Positions 26,825-41,918 of a stretch of DNA of 64,000 nucleotides are shown one piece after another. Source of the stretch: Octopus vulgaris (lineage: Eukaryota); contig OX597814.1 in the NCBI GenBank assembly GCA_951406725.2, positions 152,148,001 through 152,212,000 on the forward strand. The letters are read 5' to 3'. How positions within the stretch are numbered: position 1 is the stretch's first letter; each line of letters opens with the position of its first letter. A model generated the notes under the pieces. It made no database searches. It saw only the letters and a list, made by a program, of their open reading frames with translations, and was not told the origin of the DNA. The position numbers were made by a program, and so were the translations under genes.

Positions 26825-27334
26825 TATATACGTACAATTATATATGAACACATTAACAGGGCACTTGGTTATGCAACTCACTGCCTTCGGTACCAATCTT
26901 GAGAATCTATAACTATAAGCCATTAATGGAACTGCAAATATTTGTAAAGCATTCCAATATTTTAGCCTGTAACATTCCCGCATATACACATAGGGGTATA
27001 TGTGTGTGTGTGTGCGTTCGTGTGTGTGTGTGTGTGCGTGTGCGTGCGTGTGTGTGTGTGTGTGTATGTGTGTGTGTATACACATATATACGTGTGCAGT
27101 CATATTCGTAGTTTATATATGACTACTATGCTAATGCTGTCTACTTTCCTGGTTTGCAGACTCACTCTTTCCCTAAGAATATATATATATAAACAAATGT
27201 CTCCCTGTTCCAAACGCAGTGTACCTGAAAGAACTCGCTACTGATAATAATGACATATAAAGATATTTTGAACAATAACTGTGGATATTTAGTAATACAA
27301 AATGTTTTACATGTCACTAGGAGATTCTCTACAT

Positions 27335-27572
27335 AACATATTTCTTTACTACCCACAAGGGGCTAAACGCAGAGAGGACAAAGAAGGACAGACAAAGGGA
27401 TTAAGTCGATTATATCGACCCCAGTGCGTAACTGGTACTTATTTAATCGACCCCGAAGGGATGAAAGGCAAAGTCGACCTCGGCGGAATTTGAACTCAGA
27501 ACGTAGCTGCAGACGAAATACCGCTAAGCATTTCGCCCAGCGTGCTAACGACTCTGCCAGCTCGCCGCCTTA
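27335..27572 (-). mobile_element. SINE family A
   Basis: Near-consensus copy. Confidence 0.9.
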
Positions 27573-28751
27573 AAACGTAGACAGATGAAATACGACTAAG
27601 CATTTCTCTACATAACCACAAGACCAAATAGAAATAGTAGACGAATTTCCGTCAAACTACATACTGTTATTTTTAAAATGGACGCATTTGACTATGTAGG
27701 AAAACGGATGAATGATCATGATAGGAACCCCATTGTTTATTGGTGTACTGGATATGAGGGCTGATTCGAACCAAAATAACAACAGCAATCTCAGTAAAAC
27801 AAAGAAATACCCTTTATAACCAACAAAATGTTGTCCATGAGTATGTTATATTTAAATGTGAGGAAAATGTCAGCAATGAGAGGCAATCTCAGCTTTGCTC
27901 AGTTCCGTGACAATTATTTCACATTACTTTTATAGTCCTAGTGCAAGTAATTATAAAAAAAAAATATCTGGTGGACAAAAGAAGTAATGAGACTGAGGTG
28001 GCAAAAATGACTGAAATTGGAAATTTCATGTCTGATTTCTGAGCTGACTTGCCATCTATATCCAGCAACTACTACTTGCGTTTTACTTTCCTATGCGGAG
28101 TAAATCTACTAAATAAATTCAGATACGATGTCATCCATAAGAAGGGTTTCTCAGAAGTAATTATTGCAAATATTTACCCCAAATTTAAATATTTACATTC
28201 AAACTTCTGCTGAATGTAAACAGAATATTTTGCCATTTCCATTTGAGACAGAAAATAAGAAACATGTACTGTTACAGAGATGATTAAACAGCGATCAGAT
28301 ATGAGCATTTCCTGCGATCGTAATGGCCAACTGCTTCTTAGCTGATTATAAATTCATATTTACACATTGGCTGACTTCATTGAGTAGCTAAGTATTTAAT
28401 CAAGAATGATGAAATATCGAGGTTCTCAGGCAAATGCATTATCCTCTAACTCGGAGTTCAGTTCCCAAAAGAAACTACGTAAGAATATTTTTTATGAGTC
28501 AGCATGTAACCTTTTACTGTTTTTGTGATCTAAGTTCCAGCTCTAGAGCTTTGGTTCTCAGTTAAAACCTAATTCGTCTGAGTACCTTGATAAATTAATA
28601 TGTATACCCCACAATAAGAATCAAATGACACATACCGTTTTCTTTTAATGGCTATCACCTTTTTTCGTCCGATGGTCATAGTTTAATAGATTTTGATCAA
28701 ACGACTGTTCGAGAGGGACTGATTTGGAGCCAATTACCACTACCATTACCT

Positions 28752-28980
28752 GTTTCTTTACTACCCACAAGGGGCTAAACACAGAGGGGACAAACAAGGA
28801 CAGACAAACGGATTAAGTCGATCATATCGACCCCAGTGCGTAACTTGTACTTATTTAATCGACCCCGAAAGGATGAAAGGCAAAGTCTACCTCGGCGGAA
28901 TTTGAACTTAGAACGTAGCGGCAGACGAAATACTGCTAAGCATTTCGCCCGGCGTGCTAACGTTTCCGCCAGCTCGCCAT
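28752..28980 (-). mobile_element. SINE family A
   Basis: Near-consensus copy. Confidence 0.9.
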
Positions 28981-30036
28981 TACCAACAGCAATAACACTG
29001 TTTCCTTCAAAGATATCTTTTAATGAAGATTTAATAACCAAGTTTCGATCAACATCTCGAAAAATTCTGATACTAAAGATCTGAAGAAAACAAATCCAAA
29101 CACTATCAATGACAAAAGCTACAAGTAGCTTGTTTATTATATTTCTTAAACATTCCAGATGTTACAGTTTTTGTCGTTCATCTCACTGAGATTCCACATT
29201 CTCTGCATAACGAAAATTTTATGTTAAAGTCAATGCTCCCACTTCAGTGCTAAGATGAGAATACTTGAAGACTAAACAGCTGCTAAACCTTTAAGAGCTA
29301 CAAAAATGAAAGGAACAACAGCGCAAGTAAGTGACAGAACAGAAAACTGTTGACACAGAATCGACTACACAAACTCAAATGCTTCGATATATAAGCCCAT
29401 TTAAGCAAAAGCTTTTATTTAGAATAAGTAATCCTACACTTCGTATCTTATAATAAATTGTTTGTCATGGAACTGTTCTTCTACTCTATTTTACAGTTAC
29501 TAGAATAGCTTCTGCTCTTCTGAGTTCCCCAACTCTGTGCTATGTCTACCTATTTCATTCACTTGCTTCTTCTCTTGTTCTTGTTAGATAAGAAATCTCA
29601 CCGATAAAAATATGTTGATTACTTTGTCGTTCTCATATGGTTTAGACTTGGATTTCATTGGTAGATACTAAACACGGAACACGTAACAACTGACGCAATG
29701 ACAAAGCTTCAACGATCTGCGAGAAATAGTATTCAAAAATCGCACTCAAATCAACTCTTATTATCATAAAAAAAAAAAACAAGCAGAACACATTGGATAA
29801 AATAGTCGTGGTTGTACTTCGTTTGAGAGAAGACTGGGTGATCTTAGCTGGAATGTGTTTGATCCTCTGCTCAGTCAGAGCACGCTCGCGTCTAAACAGC
29901 ATCACCAGAATGGACCAGCAACGTTAAGTATAAATGACTGAAGACAAATGCGCTAAAAATTACATTCAGTAGTAATATTGACAGTTGTGTAACAGAAGGT
30001 AATATATATAAATGCACCATGCATTACATCTCAGTA

Positions 30037-30303
<267 letters not shown>

Positions 30304-31018
30304 AGTTAGCGACTTGAACTAATCAAACACTATTGCCAGCATGGCCGCAGTCTAATGCCTGAAACAGCTAGAAGATAAAACATAAAGGAGTTATGCTTTG
30401 GGAAGTATGAGAAATTGCGCTAATTCATACATGCTTTGGTAAAGAGACAGGAGCGAAAAAATTGGAAGGGTATAAGGATGAATATGCGAGAACTTGAACT
30501 ATAGGGAGAGAAGGAACGTTGATCGAGCCAATTTTAGGGGAGATCAATATTATGATAAAAGCGGATGGGTGATTAGGTGGAAAATATCAGGAAGATTGGG
30601 TGATTATGATAGATAGTGAAAGGAGGTGGGACTAATTGGTACGGTTGTATGAGGTACAATGGTCGTCGTTTGGTACAAGCATATTATATGCTAAATAATG
30701 TGTGAGTTTGGGAATCGACTAGTAAAAAATACTAAAATGGGATTTGATCCAGATACGACCAAGGGGCTGGTAAGGAACAGACAAGAGATGGGTGGGCTTG
30801 TTGGTATTGTTGTTCTCGTTGTTGTTGATTGTGGTGGTGGTCATTATATTGTTAGGAGTAAAATATTATTTCGTACACAATGTACGAAGTGACCTCAGTT
30901 TTCAGTATAATGAATTAAGTGAATATAAATAAATAAAACATGGAGAATTAAAGAAGCGGGAATGTAAAATGCTGACAATACAACAATATATAAATGTATA
31001 CATACATACACACACAGA

Positions 31019-31760
<742 letters not shown>

Positions 31761-31863
31761 TGAAAAAGGAATAGAAATGACTTTTCTGATCATTTTTCCA
31801 CTTTAATAATTAGATGTTTATTAGTGGAAAAATTATCAGAAAAGCCATTCCTATTCATTTTTT

Positions 31864-31936
<73 letters not shown>

Positions 31937-32946
31937 TATACACACATATACATATACACACACATATATATATATATACATTATATAGGCGCGCAAATGC
32001 AAACAGGAAAAATATAACTGAGTATATGTGCATTTTTGTTATATATATATATATATATATATATATGATAGATAAAAGTTTGGGTATTAATTTGGCACTC
32101 AGAGAAATAGGCATTATCATAACGTTTTAGTTGAGGCCTTTCATTAAGCGCGAAGGAGTAGAACAAACGAGGAAGAGAAGCGAAAAATGTAATAAAAGGA
32201 AAACGTTATGAGGAAGGAAAAATCCATACGCCAGCGTTAGTTACGCCATATTGGAAATGACTAAAAGAGAGGAGAAAACCTAGTTTCAAATGCAAAAGCG
32301 GAAAGTTAAACGTAGAATGTGTAGTTTATGTATGTATGCATGCATGTAGCTATTTTGAACATTAAGATTGTATTGGTTAACATGTGTATTTTGGGGTATG
32401 TGTGTGCGTGTGCTTGTTAATTGTGTTTTTCGAATGTGTGCTGTAACAGAAGATCTGCATAACGTGTGTAGATGTTGTTTGTATAAGTGCTCATGGGTTG
32501 TGTGAATGCATGTTTGTAGTTGTTGTTGTTGTTGTTATTACTGTTGTTGTTGTTATTACTGTTGATGTTGTTGTGTGTGTGTGTGTGTGTATAAGTTTGC
32601 TTGTTTTGTGTGTGTGTTCACGTTCAGTGAAATATCTTTGCAGGTATCTATTTTTTGTCTTTTTTGGTGGGGTATTCACACAGCTCTACAACACAATACG
32701 TGAACACGTATACAAACAACATCTACACACGTTCCACAGTATATGTTGTACTGGAGGATGGATAAGAAGTGATAAAGGATCAGCTGATGTATGTGTGTGT
32801 GTGTGTTTATAGGTGTTCGCTATGTGCGTATGTTGCGTGGTGTGCACATGTATTTATGTCTATATGCGTGCGTATTTATAGCTGTTTGGACGTTGTGTGT
32901 CTGCGCTTGTTATATTTCATACATACACACGTACACATTTATACAC

Positions 32947-32977
<31 letters not shown>

Positions 32978-34554
32978 TGTATGTATGTATGTATGTATGT
33001 ATGTATGTATGTATGTATGTATGTATGTGCGTGCGCGTATGTGTATGTATGTGTATTTATATGTGCATGTTTGCATTACTCAATATTTTCAGAGAGGAAA
33101 TACAGAAGATTATAGAGAGATATTTTGAAATCACGCCATATTTTAGATACTGTCGACATACTCTTTCTCAAAGAAAAGCAGCAGCAGCCTAACATCCGCT
33201 GCCACATCAGCACCCCAGCTGCAATCAACTGACTGAAACTAACCAACATGAGCCTCTATACGGTGGCTCAATCACGTAGATAACGTGTTAGAAATAGAAG
33301 TGAAAAATTCCTCAAATGGTACTTAATAACCTTATAAATGTTAAGATCACATTGGACAATGCTGTCGTAGATGTACAAAAGATATACAAATGCAGGATGG
33401 TCCAGGGTGAAATGCTTTAAATTATATGTGTATATGATTAGAGGCTGGCTTTGGGCTGAGCAATAACAACAATAGCAATCCAAACAGCAAATGCAGCGGT
33501 AACAGCGACAATGACAACAGCAGTGAGCAGCAATGACAGCAGCAGCAGCAAACTTAGAGCAAGGGAATTATGAAATATCCTCCTATTCTTCAAATAAATT
33601 GATACAATGTAAAATCAAGGTAGATGAGCCAGCGAGGGAATTTCTACAAAGTCCAGCTAAAAGCAGTAGCCAAATTTAATATGTATACCCCACAACTCGC
33701 TTGAAGTTGAAATGAGGCTAAATAGCAAATATGAGAGCAGCATAAAGTGAGTAGTCGTGTGGCTAAGGCGGTGGCTACTTTATAGTTTATATCAATTGCA
33801 TATAGTTGATATGTTTTTCAAGCAGGCCTAAGTACAAAGATGTTCCAGTATTTTCGTATGACTCGGACTAAATCGCCCAATATCTTCCTCTTACAATAAT
33901 AGTGCATCGTTGGAAGGGCTTGTGATTGTCATTTCTAACAGATCAAACAGATCAATGCGTTCTATAATAGATAGAACACATCGATTTCAAACTTTAGCAC
34001 AAAGCCAGCAATTTCAGAGTAAGTCAATTACATCGGCTCCAGTGATCAACTGGTACTTATGTTATCGACCGCGAAAGGGATGGAATGCAAAGTCAACCCC
34101 GGCGGAACGTAAAGTCAGAAGAAATGCCGCTAAGCATTTTGTCCTGCGCGCTAACGATTCTGCTAGCTGGCCGCCTAAAAATATAGAAAACATTAGCATC
34201 AGATTCTTTGGCTTGTAACTCATAAGGAATATAAATAGAAGTTATAGCCATTTATACCTCATTCATTAGACGGAATTAATAATGTTAGTCAAATGTAATT
34301 CGAAGTTATCGTAGATTAATTAATTATTTGGAGGTAAATAGACGAAAGAAACACTTAGAAGCAAGGTTTTCGTAATAAATCCATGGTGAACAAGAAGAGA
34401 GTTAGTATGATCGCTAGGAAATTAAATATATGGATATTGGGAAGATGGTATGTGAGCGGGTGTGTATGTATTATGTAATATAAATACACATATACACGTA
34501 CACACATAAACGCACAAATATATATGTATACCTGCATGTACGTATTTATGCGTA

Positions 34555-34792
34555 TACCTATTTCTTTACTACCCACAAGGGGCTAAACTCAGAGAGGACA
34601 AACAAGGACAGACAAACGGATTAAAATCGATTATATCGACCCCAGTGCGTAACTGGTACTTATTTAATCGACCCCGAAAGGGATGAAAGGCAAAGTCGAC
34701 CTCGGCGGAATTTGAACTCGGAACGTAACGGCAGACGAAATACGGCTACGCATTTCGCCCGGCGTGCTAACGTTTCTGCCAGCTCGCCGCCT
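34555..34792 (-). mobile_element. SINE family A
   Basis: Near-consensus copy. Confidence 0.9.
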
Positions 34793-34853
34793 TCATGTAT
34801 GCGTATACCTTCAGTTTCTTTTCATTCATTAGTATTCTCCTTTGAAGAAGCAC

Positions 34854-34906
<53 letters not shown>

Positions 34907-35104
34907 TGTGTGCGTGCGCGCGCTTGTGTATGGGTGTGCGTGTTAACTTGTTGATAGAGTCAGTAAAAAATTTTAAACCATACAGGAGATAAATATAATC
35001 AAATGAACAACAGTGATGATACTTGAGTTACTTCACGTTTCATAATTGAACAAGTATAGTCATCGGATAGGACATGGGTGGGCCCAAGTCATTTATCAAA
35101 TTAT

Positions 35105-35140
<36 letters not shown>

Positions 35141-35238
35141 ATGTTTTGAGTTCTATGTTTTCTGTTTGCATCACCAAACTTGATAAGTGTTAATGCACGA
35201 AACTCTCGGTCATTGAATCACTCAGTTGTTTCTACTAC

Positions 35239-35285
<47 letters not shown>

Positions 35286-35293
35286 CACACTCA

Positions 35294-36122
35294 CAGGGTG
35301 CGATGGGTAAATCGTTTTATATTTTTAATTTCGCGCACGCGCATTGTTTGTTTTTGATTTTGTCGACTACATCATTATAGTAGGGTCAGTTGGGCACCGT
35401 CTGAAAAAAAAAACAGCATCGTGACGCAAATCACTCTGCCAGAAATTTGGAAACGTCATGCTGTCCTGCCTGGCATTCGCGTCGGAAGCTCCAATGCGAA
35501 CATTTCACAGTGTGTGTGTGTCAATCTGAGGACTGCAATTTGAGAACATATACTGAGAATGATAAAAATCAAACATCATGGTGCTTGGAGTGATCACTAG
35601 TGATGACGACGTTATGCTTTCGTTCATCTTCCCACACGGCTTCAGACTCAATACGGAGGCCTACATCAAATGCCTGGGGGAGGTAGTGCTGCCCTGAGTC
35701 AAAAGTGTGGTTGCTGAAAGACCCTATGTCTGACAACAGGACTCTGCACCATGCCACACAAGAAGGAGAACCCAGTCATGGCTGTCAGACAATTTCTGCG
35801 ACCACATTACCCTAAACATGTGGCCACCTAACTCCCCAGACTGCAACGCCCTTGATAATTATGTGTGGGCGCAGTTGAGCGGGAGACCAGCAAATTTTGA
35901 AACACCAAAGATGAACTGAAGGCAAGGGCAGCATTCACCAACTTAAACAAAGAGACCGTCCTGAAGAGTTGCAGATTTCGAAGTTGTCTGGAGGTCATGG
36001 TTGAAGCCAATGGCAATTTTATTAAATTCATTTACTCTTTAATATTTCAAGATATTTTTAATGTAATTTTGGTAAATATATCTGTTAAGATGAGATGTCA
36101 GTGTTATTTTCAATTTTGCGTA
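35294..36122 (+). mobile_element. Internally deleted maT (DD37D) Tc1/mariner element
   Basis: Frame from 35572: IMVLGVITSD..YIKCL..VLP*V..YV*QQDSAPCH..WPPNSPDCNALD, with exactly 37 aa between the two Ds. The left end cagggtg is TIR-like and no right TIR is seen. Confidence 0.85.
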
Positions 36123-36169
36123 ATATATACAATATATATCTGTATATACAATATATATCTGTATCAGCA

Positions 36170-36990
36170 TCAAGTAGACAGACGTTTTATTCCAACCAAA
36201 TGCTGATACAGAGCATACTCAAGATTCAAATGTGATGATTGACAACAAGCCACTCTAATGGGTCATGTCATTTAAATATCTTGGAAGTACAGTAAACTTT
36301 GAGAGTACAGTAAACTTTGAGAATATCTAAGGCTACAAGTGCTTTTCGAAAATTTTCTCATCCTTTGTTTGATGAACACGGTGTCAGTCTGAAAACTAAA
36401 ACAAGTGTATACAAAACTTGTATTTTGAGCACACTTTTGTATAAGGCAGAAGCATAGACTGTCTAATACAGACATAGAAAGTAACTTGAAACATTTCACA
36501 GGTGCTGTCTGCGCAATATCTGCAACATAAAATAGAAAGATAAGATATCAAATGCCAAAATCTTAGAAGAATGTGGCATCTCCAATAACAAAACATTACT
36601 GCTGAGAATTCGCTGCAGGTGGATAGGACATGTTGCTCCAATAAAAGATGGGTGCATCCCCAAAATTCTTTTGTATGACCAACAAATACCGCATAAAAGA
36701 AGACCCGTCCTTGGGTACAAGGGTAACTTGAAGTAATCTACAGTTTAATTTTAACATTTTGGGAAATTTATAGCCTAGATCGATCTGCAGGGCATAAAAT
36801 ATGTCATGGTGCATCAAAACAATTTGGTTTGAAGAAACAGAACAATAAAAGAAATATATCTTGCAATCAACAGACACATTTGTCCAATCCCAGGCAAAAT
36901 CAAAACCATCAGTGTTCCTATGGTGACTTCATAGCAAAATCCATACTTCGGCTCAAATAACGTTCACGCATCCATCGCAGATAGATGCAG
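36170..36990 (+). mobile_element. RTE-clade LINE 3' fragment (decayed)
   Basis: FKYLGSTV..RISKATSAF..SLKTKTSVYKTCILSTLLY.AEA*..LETFHRCCLRNICNIK*KDKISN..RWIGHV..IPKILLY, with several stops. Confidence 0.85.
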
Positions 36991-37011
36991 CTTCTTTTAT
37001 TTTCAAATTTA

Positions 37012-37093
<82 letters not shown>

Positions 37094-37410
37094 CTTTCTC
37101 TCTCTCTTAAACCCTCTCCATCAAATATTCTTATGTTGAAATCAACGGGAATGATCGCCATATATATGTGGGGGGGATGAGTGATGGAGATTGATGTTCC
37201 GCAAGATTGGTGGCTTATCAACATCACGTGCCCGAGCCGAATCGAAGGCGAACTGAAATACCTGTCCATTGACAGTATGCAAGATAGTGTAAAAACCATT
37301 TATGATATACCCCGACGATGCATACATAGGAATAAATAGAAATACAAATCAGAAACAGCGTGAGTGTCGTAAACATTATCGAACATACGTACTCAATTTA
37401 TGTAATTTTC

Positions 37411-37589
37411 TTGTTCACCAGTAGACTGCGAGTTGACAGGGTGGAGATGACCCTCTCAAAGCGCCGTGTATTAATACACCGGATTTGGTTTGAGTTGTCT
37501 CACCTGTCTATGACTTTCAGGTGCTCTAACACCCGGCGGTTTAAGATAGTCATCTCCTCCACGTCAAACCGCAGCCTGCCGGTGAACAA
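37411..37589. mobile_element. Palindromic MITE-like element
   Basis: ttgttcaccagtagactgcgagttgacagggtggagatgac pairs imperfectly with gtcatctcctccacgtcaaaccgcagcctgccggtgaacaa, and pairing continues inward. Confidence 0.7.
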
Positions 37590-37637
37590 TCAGTTATCAT
37601 ACATTGAGAATATGTTTTGCTTGTCTTTGCATGTATA

Positions 37638-37682
<45 letters not shown>

Positions 37683-37690
37683 GTATACAT

Positions 37691-38081
37691 GCCTGGTTAA
37701 GCTATCTATGGCAAAATCTAGGATATATTTCATTACTAGTTTAACCGTAGGATAAATTTCACCTGTATAATGGATTAGAAAACGTAATAAGCTCTACTAT
37801 ACTTTAATGTAATAACGAAATGAGGAAATTTAATATGCACGAGAGAGATGAATTTTTTTTTCCACTGGACATAGGAAGATTATAATTTGTCGCCGGCAAA
37901 ACTAAAAGAATCATATTCCCAGTCATTAAGTGAAAATCACCCTTCCAAACACGTATGAACATATACAAGGACAAATACAAATCTATACAAACATCTGTCT
38001 GTATACATACACATACATACATACATGCATGCATACATGCATACATACACACATACACACATACATACATACATACATACA

Positions 38082-38114
<33 letters not shown>

Positions 38115-39311
38115 CTCCCGATGGTCGTCCCTTGTCTTCGTTGAAGAGTTTGTATGTTCCAATGATTCCGAGAGCGTTGCCGTCTGGAATCTTAAACTCC
38201 TGGTAGGGCCACACATGGCGGCAAGATCGAGGATGAAGTCCCAAACTAAACACGGCATAACGACTACTATGAAGTCACTTGGAATGGATTCAAAAGACAT
38301 AGAAACCCTTGCTTCGGATCGAGTTGTAGATTGTGTAGATTGAAGTGAAAGCATTTGAAGAGGCCAGGATAACGCATGTAAGACTCAAAAGAAATCTAAG
38401 CAAGAATGTAACGATCGAGAAGGTGAATGACAGTGACCTTTTTGTGTGCACAGTCTGTGACAGACCATGCCTATATTTTGCTGGGCTCAAATTTCATCTG
38501 CGAACGCATGGAAAACGAACTTCCAGCAACTATTCTATCTGTATGTTTGTGCACACCCTTGAATGCAGTGTATGCCAAAGGTTTGCAAATCCAACGGAGG
38601 CCTCAAAAGACATTTTAAGATCCACAAAGATCATAACTTAAATGCAGCTCTTGGTGGTCCAAATCGGATGTGCAATCTGTGTGGGTGTCTTTTCAGAACA
38701 TTTTCTGGTTTAAAAAGCCACTGATGTGGCTTTTTAAACCAGAAAATGATGGTGCTAAAGTGTAGGTACACGAGGTAGTCAAACTCTGCATAAGAAGTAG
38801 ACAACCACATGTATGTATGTATGTATGTATGTATGTATGTATGTATGTATGTATGTATGTATGTATGTATGTATGTATGTATGTATGTATGTATGTATGT
38901 ATGAATGTATGTATGTATGTATGTATGTATGTATATATGTATGCATGTATGTATGCATGTATGTAAGTATGCCTACATGTATGCATGTATGTATATGTGT
39001 ACAGACAGATGTTTGTGTGCATGTGTATTTATCCTTGTATATGTTCATGCGTGTTTGGAAGGGTGATTTTCACTTAATGGCTGGGAATATGATTCTTTTA
39101 GTTTTGCCAGTGACAAATTACAATCTTCCTATGTCCAGTGGAAAAAAAACCCACCTCTCTCGTGCATATTAAATTTCTGCATTTCATTATTACCTTAAAG
39201 TATTAAAGAGCTTATTACGTTTTCTAATCCATTATACAGTTGAAATTTATCCTAAGGACAAGCTAGTAATGAAATATATTGTAGGTTTTGCCATAGATAG
39301 CATGACCAGGC
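37691..39311. repeat. Long inverted repeat (arms about 37691-38110 and 38809-39311) enclosing an RTE fragment
   Basis: The arms are reverse complements, e.g. gcctggttaagctatctatggcaaaa and ttttgccatagatagcatgaccaggc. Confidence 0.92.
38118..38808 (+). mobile_element. Non-autonomous RTE derivative: 5' UTR joined to C-terminal zinc fingers
   Basis: RTE-like 5' UTR (gttccaatgattccgagagc...ctcctggtagggccacacatggcggcaagatc), then IETLASDR, VKAFEEARI, CTVCDRPC..AGLKFHLRTH, CKSNGGLKRHFKIH and CNLCGCLFRTFSGLKSH. Confidence 0.75.
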
Positions 39312-40795
39312 CGATGATGAAGTCATATTCATTTCATAATTGTACTCCATGGCTGGTAATAATACTCCTTGGCTAATAATATTACTCCCAGATACAAGGT
39401 GGTTAATTTGCTGGGTGATTAAGTAGTCGGACAGATTACTTTACAATATGGTGGTCAACTTTTCTTCTCATCTTTTCAAGAGCCAATAAACAAAACCCTG
39501 AGAGTACAAGCTAAAATTTCAAGGAGTAGACAAAGAGGAAAAGTATATACTTTTAAAATCGCATTTCAGAATAAAATTATTAACCAACTCCTAAAAATAA
39601 TTTATTCTCCTGAGCACATTAACAAGTTTTATTACACTACATGAATGGATTTAACCCTTAAGAGATTATAACCAAGTGCTGCGTCTTAATTCAATTTACT
39701 CCAATATATTTGTGTGAATCAATTCCCTTGGTCTTTATTTATTTCATTTTTTCATTCAAAAGTAATTCTAGGAATTGCTTGAATTCGTCAGCCGAGTGTA
39801 TATCGCAACCAGCAAGGAAGTTCAACATTTTGATTAAGTCATGAATGAGAAGCAAAACAAAGCAGCTTTCGAATTTTATACTCGCACTTGTGACTGATTC
39901 CACTGTTTACGGTTTATCCGAACGCATAGTCTACATTCGCATTTTATACACTAAATTAAAAGCTTAATTTTTAATTCATTTTGCTCATCCATAGTATTAA
40001 ATGAGGTTCAAGATCTTTAAAAATATAACATTAGTTATCTTTAGATTGACATTTTCATCTTCAAATACGATATTATTTCTGTAAAGGATGCGAAAAGTTA
40101 ATCAAACATTTCCTGGAGGTCTGGTATAGAAAAGGTTGGAAACCACAGTTCTGTATGGTTGCTCTTCTTACTAAAGCGTCTTTAATTACTAAGGTACATT
40201 GGATAAGTATAGTTCCAGATATATATTCTTAATAAAGTGGAATGGTCACTGCTGTAACGTCCTTAATCATAGATCTCTTCGAGTGTAGCTAATTTGGGTC
40301 TCAAAAAGAACAACACCTCGGTACATGGTAGTGAAACGTCAATCAGAAAATATTACGACTACTTGGCAGCAGTGGACTTCTCTATGATATCTGTTTATTA
40401 CTAAGTAATCGGAAGCGTTGAACTGGGGTGTACTAAAGTCAAAGTGCAATGACGTAAGACATGAACGGCTGATCTTCATGTCGGCACATGACATCCTATT
40501 GATTTGCCCAACTAATCATATCTCGACTAGTATATATTACTCGTATGTAATCAATCCAACATTTTGATCGCTTGATTTTCTAGAATTCTTTTATTCTTTT
40601 ATTCTTTTATTTGTTTCAGTCATTTGACTGCGGCCATGCTGAAGCACTGCCTTGAAGGTTTTTTTTTATTTTAAAGTCGAACAAATTGACCCCAGAACTT
40701 ATTTCCGAAGCATAGTACTTATTCTATTGGTTTCTTTTTCCGAACTGCTAACACACCAACACCGGTTGTGAAACGATGATTGGAGGACAAACACA

Positions 40796-40875
<80 letters not shown>

Positions 40876-41224
40876 TATATATATATTTATATATGTACGA
40901 CAGGCTTCTTTCAGTTTCCGTCTACCAAATCCACTCACAAAGCGTTGGTCGGTCCGAGGCCATAATAGACAACTAAACCTGAAACTAAACCTAGAACTAT
41001 GTGGTTGAGAAGCAAGTTTCTTACCACACAGCCATGCCTGCGCCTATAGTAACCAAATTTCCCTCACGACATACCTTACCATCTTTAAAAAATATCATCT
41101 CAGAAATGGAATGGACACAGTTGGAACATCTTTCATCATTGGTCTGCTGAATCAAAGTTGACCCGGAGCTAATAAACCACCACCACCACCACCACCACCA
41201 ACACCACCACCAACACCACCAACA

Positions 41225-41432
41225 GCAACAACCTTTCAAGAATTTGGACCTGGAGATCTCCATTTCCAGCGACTTCGAGGGCCACCTCGCAGTGGTTGTC
41301 GGGCATCAATGAAGAGCCCTCGACTACAACAAGACGACCAAAGTTTGTTTTCTTTTTTTTTTCCAAAGTCTGGGGTCTCCCGCCCCTAAGCCCTAGACCA
41401 TCACCTTATCACCCTTACCCGTCTTGTTGCTT

Positions 41433-41471
<39 letters not shown>

Positions 41472-41918
41472 AACAACAACAGCAACAGCAGCCGTCCAAG
41501 AATTTGGACCTGGAGATCTCCATTTCCAGCGACTTTGAGGGCCACCTCCCAGTGGTCTCGGGCGTCAACAAAGAGCCCTCGACTACTACAAAACGACCAA
41601 CTTTTATTTTCCCGCCCCTAAGCCCTACACCATCACCTAATCACCCTTACCCGTCTTGTTGCTTAACAACAACAACAGCAACAGCAGCCGTCCAAGAATT
41701 TGGACCTGGAGATCTCCATTTCCAGCGACCTCGAGGGCCACCGCCCAGTGGTGTCGGACGTCAACGAAGAATCCTCGACTACAACATGACGACCAAAGTT
41801 GTTTTTTACCCCAAGGTCTGGGGTCTCCCACCCCTAAGCCCAAGACCATCACCTAATCAGCCTTACTTGTCTTGTTGCTTAACAACAACAACAACAACAA
41901 CAACCAACAGCAACAACT
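41225..41918. repeat. Three head-to-tail GC-rich units separated by (AAC)n
   Basis: caagaatttggacctggagatctccatttccagcgac recurs at about 41238, 41497 and 41692. Confidence 0.92.
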
